NCBI RefSeq assembly: GCF_009914755.1 | Contig: NC_060943.1 | Origin: the human T2T-CHM13v2.0 reference genome, Homo sapiens | DNA length: 64,000 bases | Strand: one strand, 5' to 3' | Shown: piece after piece, positions 62,406-64,000 of the stretch | Numbering within the stretch: the stretch's first letter is position 1 | How the letters are laid out: every line of letters begins with the position of its first letter | The notes under the pieces: generated by a model | Databases searched by the model: none | What the model was told of the DNA's origin: nothing | What the model saw: only the letters and a program-made list of their open reading frames with translations | Translations under genes and position numbers: made by a program

Positions 62406-64000
62406 GCCTTGTGTTGTGTGTATTCAACTCACAGAGTTGAACGATCCTTTACACAGAGCAGACTTGAAACACTCTTTTTGTGGAATTTGCAAGTGGAGAT
62501 TTCAGCCGCTTTGAGGTCAATGGTAGAATAGGAAATATCTTCCTATAGAAACTAGACAGAATGATTCTCAGAAACTCCTTTGTGATGTGTGCGTTCAACT
62601 CACAGAGTTTAACCTTTCTTTTCATAGAGCAGTTAGGAAACACTCTGTTTGTAAAGTCTGCAAGTGGATATTCAGACCTCCTTGAGGCCTTCGTTGGAAA
62701 CGGGATTTCTTCATATTATGCTAGACAGAAGAATTCTCAGTAACTTCCTTGTGTTGTGTGTATTCAACTCACAGAGTTGAACGATCCTTTACACAGAGCA
62801 GACTTGAAACACTCTTTTTGTGGAATTTGCAAGTGGAGATTTCAGCCGCTTTGAGGTCAATGGTAGAATAGGAAATATCTTCCTATAGAAACTAGACAGA
62901 ATGATTCTCAGAAACTCCTTTGTGATGTGTGCGTTCAACTCACAGAGTTCAACCTTTCTTTTCATAGAGCAGTTGGGAAACACTCTGTTTGTAAAGTCTG
63001 CAAGTGGATATTCAGACTTCTTTGAGGCCTTCGTTGGAAGCGGGATTTCTTCATATTCTGCTAGACAGAAGAATTCTCAGTAACTGCCTTGTGTTGTGTG
63101 TATTCAACTCACAGAGTTGAACGATCCTTTACACAGAGCAGACTTGAAACACTCTTTTTGTGGAATTTGCAAGTGGAGATTTCAGCCGCTTTGAGGTCAA
63201 TGGTAGAATAGGAAATATCTTCCTATAGAAACTAGACAGAATGATTCTCAGAAACTCCTTTGTGATGTGTGCGTTCAACTCACAGAGTTTACCCTTTCTT
63301 TTCATAGAGCAGTTAGGAAACACTCTGTTTGTAAAGTCTGCAAGTGGATATTCAGACATCCTTGAGGCTTTCGTTGGAAACGGGATTTCTTCATATTCTG
63401 CCAGAAAGAAGAATTCTCAGTAACTTCCTTGTGTTGTGTGTATTCAACTCACAGAGTTGAACGATCCTTTACACAGAGCAGACTTGAAACACTCTTTTTG
63501 TGGAATTTGCAAGTGGAGATTTCAGCCGCTTTGAGTTCAATGGTAGAATAGGAAATATCTTCCTATAGAAACTAGACAGAATGATTCTCAGAAACTCCTT
63601 TGTGATGTGTGCGTTCAACTCACAGAGTTCAACCTTTCTTTTCATAGAGCAGTTGGGAAACACTCTGTTTGTAAAGTCTGCAAGTGGATATTCAGACTTC
63701 TTTGAGGCCTTCGTTGGAAGCGGGATTTCTTCATGTTCTGCTAGACAGAAGAATTCTCAGAAACTTCCTTGTGTTGTGTGTTTTCAACTCACAGAGTTGA
63801 ACGATCCTTTACACAGAGCAGACTTGAAACACTCCTTTTGTGGAATTTGCAAGTGGAGATTTCAGCCGCTTTGAGGTCAATGGTAGAATAGGAAATATCT
63901 TCCTATAGAAAGTAGACAGAATGATTCTCAGAAACTCCTTTGTGATGTGTGCGTTCAACTCACAGAGTTTAACCTTTCTTTTCATAGAGCAGTTAGGAAA

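Larger units (their letters stand above)
1..64000 (+). repeat. Alpha-satellite array of 340-bp SF1 (J1/J2) dimers; likely live HOR S1C1/5/19H1L (D1Z7/D5Z2/D19Z3)
   Basis: ATGATTCTCAGAAACT recurs at exactly 1+340k through 63921. Typical alphoid motifs are present (GATTCTCAGAAACT, TTCAACTCACAGAGTT, GAAACACTCT). A CENP-B box occurs in every second monomer and EcoRI GAATTC at dimer positions 171-176. Alphoid identity is secure; the chr1/5/19 assignment is recognition from memory, not a database search. Confidence 0.97.

Noticed and set aside
1-63874. Hundreds of 60-97 aa ORFs on both strands (MILRNSF..., MFPNCSM..., MSEYPLA...)
   Set aside because: They are translations of the satellite unit, overlap on opposite strands, and gain or lose starts and stops through single variants. 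They have no recognisable domain or gene structure.
1-64000. CRISPR-like array, or a diversified gene-cassette system
   Set aside because: There are no unique spacers, no associated enzyme genes and no non-repeat sequence. Variation is limited to point differences in a eukaryotic satellite.
1-64000. Synthetic or statistically modelled centromere sequence (GRCh38-style reference model)
   Set aside because: Rare variants recur in the same order over 10-12 kb blocks, which a short-memory model would not generate. A real long-read assembly is more plausible.
1-64000. Fixed 6-mer or larger canonical HOR period, or assignment to a single chromosome
   Set aside because: The subtype order is not periodic, and chr1, 5 and 19 share this family, so assignment needs a database comparison.
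1-64000. Hidden L1/Alu insertion or strand inversion
   Set aside because: The 340-bp phase and orientation are unbroken from start to end, leaving no room for one.

Overview
The whole 64 kb is primate, almost certainly human, centromeric alpha-satellite DNA. It is an uninterrupted head-to-tail array of a 340-bp dimer: a 169-bp CENP-B-box (B-type) monomer plus a 171-bp pJalpha-type (A-type) monomer, with one EcoRI site per dimer. There are 188 complete dimers plus an 80-bp partial. This matches the suprachromosomal family 1 (J1/J2) dimer and most likely the live HOR array shared by chromosomes 1, 5 and 19 (D1Z7/D5Z2/D19Z3); the chromosome cannot be determined from this window. I found no genes, RNA genes, transposons, CRISPR arrays, inversions or net indels, and every ORF in the track is an artefact of the repeat. 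I found no previously undescribed biological system. What is informative is the mutational history recorded in single-base variants. Three dimer subtypes occur in aperiodic order, with a recurring 4-dimer cassette. There are nested duplications of 1,360, 10,200 and 12,580 bp and a dispersed ~11.5 kb copy about 30 kb away. There are also whole-dimer gains and losses, chimeric dimers, and nine CENP-B boxes inactivated at CpG positions. All counts were made by eye and should be confirmed by alignment.
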